DNA of 64,000 bases, taken from IMG/VR virus record IMGVR_UViG_3300021387_001614, positions 1-64,000 of that record. One strand, 5' to 3'. The notes beneath the pieces are model-generated. The model saw nothing but the letters and a program-made list of their open reading frames with translations. It was not told where the DNA came from and ran no database searches. Shown piece after piece: positions 60,861 through 64,000 of the stretch (the first letter of the stretch is position 1; each line of letters opens with the position of its first letter). The position numbers and the translations under genes are program-made. This DNA is from a virus (Duplodnaviria > Caudoviricetes).

Positions 60861-63800
60861 TTATGGGAACAATTTAATTTTATTTATTTTACCCGTATGG
60901 TCGTCATTATATTCGATTTGTTCAGCTCTGTCGTCATATACACCAGTATTGGCATAATAATTGAAAGAAACTGCGTTTTGAAGTCTTGCAATCGGTCCTG
61001 CAATATCGCTACCACCGATAAATATGAAGTTCATCTGAACATTTGCTATCATTGGCATAACGCCAATTCCTTCAGTATTTAAATCCCAAACCAATGGGTC
61101 ATATGTTATCGAAATACTTTCTATAATTATCTTAGTGTAGTAAAAATCACCAATTCTCAATACGCAAACAGGTTGTCTACCGAACGCAAGGTTATTCGCT
61201 GATTTAACAATCTCATCACTTGCACCCACTGTCGGTCCTTGTCTTGTACACTGATGTAAGAACGTTAATCTCGCATTAAAGCCCTCAGGACTTATTGAGT
61301 GGAATGCCGGGTCGAAATATTTTATTTTATCAGTAATTTTATGATGCATGAATGGGTCATTAACCTTTAATAACTTAAAGAATTCAGCCTCTTCATCATA
61401 TCTATGATAATCCCCAACGTCTTCAATAACTGTTGTTGTGCCCGATTCTGCCTTCATCTCAGGTTGTCCCGCCTTATCGTTGTTTTGTACCATCGTTGTT
61501 GAGCCATCGGTGTTCTTAATCGTTCTATTGCCCGTTGTTTGAGTATCATCCACTTTACTGTTTTTATCGGATTGTTCTTTATAGGTATCCTTAGCAGTAG
61601 TACCGTCTGCTTGTATATTAACGTTGCTGCTATTAGGCGGTGTTTCTTTTGTACCCTTTATTAGGTTGGTTGCACGTGCAAGGAATCCATCCTCCGTGAT
61701 GACATTATCCTCTGTCAGCGTTTGTTGTGCGGTTTTTGTATTTTCAACTTGTAAGTTTATTGTTATTTTCGCCGCTCTATAAAGTTTGGCGTTAAGGGCA
61801 CTTGCATCACCTCGTTTTCCTCCCGGACCACCTACACGACCTACGTTTGGCTCAGGCCATGAACCACATGACGACACTTTTTTACAGTTTTTAAGCCAAT
61901 TTAGAACTGTTTTTGCTCTATTTTTAATAAGTGTATTATTTCTTTCAAGGTTCACGTTCTCGTTAGGCGTATGTCCATGACTCGATGCATAGCCTACACC
62001 TTCTATACTGCCTATTTTATATTTTGACAGCATATCGTTTAAGGCTTTCACTCTTGTTGGGTCATAATACCCTGCAAGTACGTTTGCTGCGTCAGTGCCA
62101 ACCATTGCAACATAAACGTCAGTAAAACTATAAAGTGTATCTTCACTTATTCCGTAAGTTTCACAAATTTCTTTGCGATGTCCGCCACTATTAAGTTTAA
62201 AGCTCTGTCTATCAACATAATCAGCCGATTCGTCGAGTTTTTCATTTTTTCTCTTCTCATCAACTCTGTATGCCCACTTTGCATTTCTGTTCTTATCGCC
62301 AACTATTTTTCCAAGGCTTAGGCGTTTGTATGTCTTAGATGTATCATCAAGCCACCAAACATCAGTGATACTGCTGCTTTTTGTATCTGATGAACTCACA
62401 ATACTAACACCTACGCCGTCACGTACCTCATAGCCACCCACTTGTTTTGTGTGACCACTATCAGAATAAACCTTAACAAGCGGCAATATAGAATAATCAG
62501 TACCATTAGCACGCTTCATTGCACCAACACCGTTTGCCAAATACGCCATAGGGACATATGCTGATGGTCGTGCACTTCCGGGTTTTGTGCTTGTATCACT
62601 TTCACCACTATAATCATTAGGGTAGAAAACCATAAATGTGATACTCATTGTCTCGGGCTTTGGCACTGTGTCATCAAAGGCTACTTGGTTATCTTGCCTC
62701 AGTGGAATATCCTTTGCAGTTAACATGTCGCAACCCGCAAAAAACCTTAATAGTTGTTGTTCTGAACTATTTATGTCATCAACCGTAGATGACATCTCAT
62801 TATTATTACGGTTAGTCCAAAAATCAAGTATTGACGGGTGGTCTATTAATAATTTAAATGACAAGCCACCTCTTCTTGATGTATTTGTGTATGTGTAAAT
62901 ATCCTCGCCACGACCAATGAACTGCGTTGAATTCCATGAAACATTAACGCTTTCATTAAGTTGCAAACCATAAGGCGGAAACCACATTATTCTGCCACCA
63001 AACGGACCCCTTTGTTCATCGGATAATCTACCTTCACCATACATTCCTTTCCATGCAAGGTTTTCGATGGAGAACATACAGTTTTTAATGGAAATCTTAT
63101 TTTCACCATCATCAATTGGCGTTATATTAACGAGACCGTTAGGCGATGAGTGCATTGAGCCGTATTTGCTAAGGCGAGAGCCACCGCTACCTAATCCGCT
63201 ATCAGGTGTTCTAAATGATGAAAAATTGTATACATTCTCAAGGTCACCCTGTGAAACAACTTTATCGTTATCAATAAGCGGTCTAATGGCATCACTAAGT
63301 CTGTGATATTGATGATGATACGTCCATACACGACAATACGGGTTATCATATCCCTCTGACTTATCGGGAGTTACCTTTAAAAGGTTTCTACCCTTTGACA
63401 TGCCGTATTTCTTACTTATTGCGGTCTGTGTCGAGTCACCCATATCAATGTCAGTTGATTTGGTATGGAACCTCGCAACAAGTGTTTTGTATTTATCATT
63501 CCTAAAGTTATCGTTCGTCTTTTTAAGCAAGTCATTGGCTGACAATGTACTACCGCCATAACTTGTTACATAACCATAAGCAATTCCGCCATTGAAGCCG
63601 CCATTAATATCACCATTAACGCCATTTTCAGTTTCAGCATAACTCCACAACGCACCATTTATATCAATGTTTTTGTGGGCTGCTAATGTTTGAAATATGT
63701 GTCTTACTTGTGTGGAATTTAATGTTTCTGCACCGGGTGTGATTTTAAGGCTCGTTATATAATCGCTTCCTTCTATGAATTTAAATTTATTCCTCGAAAT

Positions 63801-64000
63801 ATTTTCATCAAAAAACGAACGGGTTTTTTCTGAGCCATTCCTATAAAAATCGTTGTAAGTACCAAGCGACTTAAAAGTGCCATAATTACTTTCATCAAGT
63901 GGTCCCACAATGTTTTTAAGAGGACTTAAATCTTCGAATCTACCGGTTTCTTGACTTTTCTTATCTGAGATTTCAAGGATTTTGTTTTCGAATGCCTTTG
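60861..64000 (-). CDS. large baseplate/tail-tube-initiator-like protein with an OmpA-like insert; extends beyond the right edge
   Basis: Frame open to the window end. SWNSTQFIGRGEDIYTYTNTSR and PVCVLRIGDFY...IESISITY tube-like motifs; GYASS...NNTLIKNRAKTV OmpA-like segment. Confidence 0.65.
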   Translation of the reverse strand, partial: KAFENKILEISDKKSQETGRFEDLSPLKNIVGPLDESNYGTFKSLGTYNDFYRNGSEKTRSFFDENISRNKFKFIEGSDYITSLKITPGAETLNSTQVRHIFQTLAAHKNIDINGALWSYAETENGVNGDINGGFNGGIAYGYVTSYGGSTLSANDLLKKTNDNFRNDKYKTLVARFHTKSTDIDMGDSTQTAISKKYGMSKGRNLLKVTPDKSEGYDNPYCRVWTYHHQYHRLSDAIRPLIDNDKVVSQGDLENVYNFSSFRTPDSGLGSGGSRLSKYGSMHSSPNGLVNITPIDDGENKISIKNCMFSIENLAWKGMYGEGRLSDEQRGPFGGRIMWFPPYGLQLNESVNVSWNSTQFIGRGEDIYTYTNTSRRGGLSFKLLIDHPSILDFWTNRNNNEMSSTVDDINSSEQQLLRFFAGCDMLTAKDIPLRQDNQVAFDDTVPKPETMSITFMVFYPNDYSGESDTSTKPGSARPSAYVPMAYLANGVGAMKRANGTDYSILPLVKVYSDSGHTKQVGGYEVRDGVGVSIVSSSDTKSSSITDVWWLDDTSKTYKRLSLGKIVGDKNRNAKWAYRVDEKRKNEKLDESADYVDRQSFKLNSGGHRKEICETYGISEDTLYSFTDVYVAMVGTDAANVLAGYYDPTRVKALNDMLSKYKIGSIEGVGYASSHGHTPNENVNLERNNTLIKNRAKTVLNWLKNCKKVSSCGSWPEPNVGRVGGPGGKRGDASALNAKLYRAAKITINLQVENTKTAQQTLTEDNVITEDGFLARATNLIKGTKETPPNSSNVNIQADGTTAKDTYKEQSDKNSKVDDTQTTGNRTIKNTDGSTTMVQNNDKAGQPEMKAESGTTTVIEDVGDYHRYDEEAEFFKLLKVNDPFMHHKITDKIKYFDPAFHSISPEGFNARLTFLHQCTRQGPTVGASDEIVKSANNLAFGRQPVCVLRIGDFYYTKIIIESISITYDPLVWDLNTEGIGVMPMIANVQMNFIFIGGSDIAGPIARLQNAVSFNYYANTGVYDDRAEQIEYNDDHTGKINKIKLFP

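Noticed and set aside
1-64000. Genome-wide stop-codon reassignment (TAG=Gln as in Lak phages, or TGA recoding)
   Set aside because: ORFs up to 2283 aa are intact in code 11, and both TAG (5306, 12504, 16131, 31113, 51072) and TGA end genes normally. Only the primase TGA is anomalous.
1-64000. tRNA or structured ncRNA genes
   Set aside because: Intergenic gaps are short and AT-rich, and I saw no cloverleaf or T-loop motif. tRNAscan-SE or Infernal would be needed to exclude them.

Overview
The window is part of an AT-rich (by eye about one-third GC) jumbo myovirus genome in the standard genetic code. The host is most likely Bacteroidota (Prevotella/Bacteroides-like), judged from repeated TATATTTG (-7 TAnnTTTG) promoters and BACON/BspA-type domains. 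It holds a partial DnaK, small hydrolases (HAD, PTP, HIT, PD-(D/E)XK), an adenine methylase, a YadA-like fibre, possible lysis genes, putative internal head proteins, a sigma70 factor, and T4-like replication/recombination genes (gp46/gp47, RuvC-like, primase, UvsX/RecA, TK, gp32). It also holds a long baseplate/tail block and a two-domain glycosyltransferase. The most notable feature is a complete 2,200-bp IS1595-family element (48865-51064) with perfect 25-bp IRs and an 8-bp TSD. It carries a phage-type leucine-rich-repeat gene with its own late-promoter-like motif. A second LRR gene with the same N-terminal module lies 3 kb away, directly next to an orphan 62-bp copy of the same IS right end. 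Together these suggest transposon-mediated delivery and exchange of variable LRR binding cassettes in a jumbo phage. Also notable: an in-frame TGA inside the primase TOPRIM domain, a shared capsid-targeting-like leader on unrelated proteins, and apparent GATC avoidance. All protein calls come from motif recognition by eye; no database searches were run.
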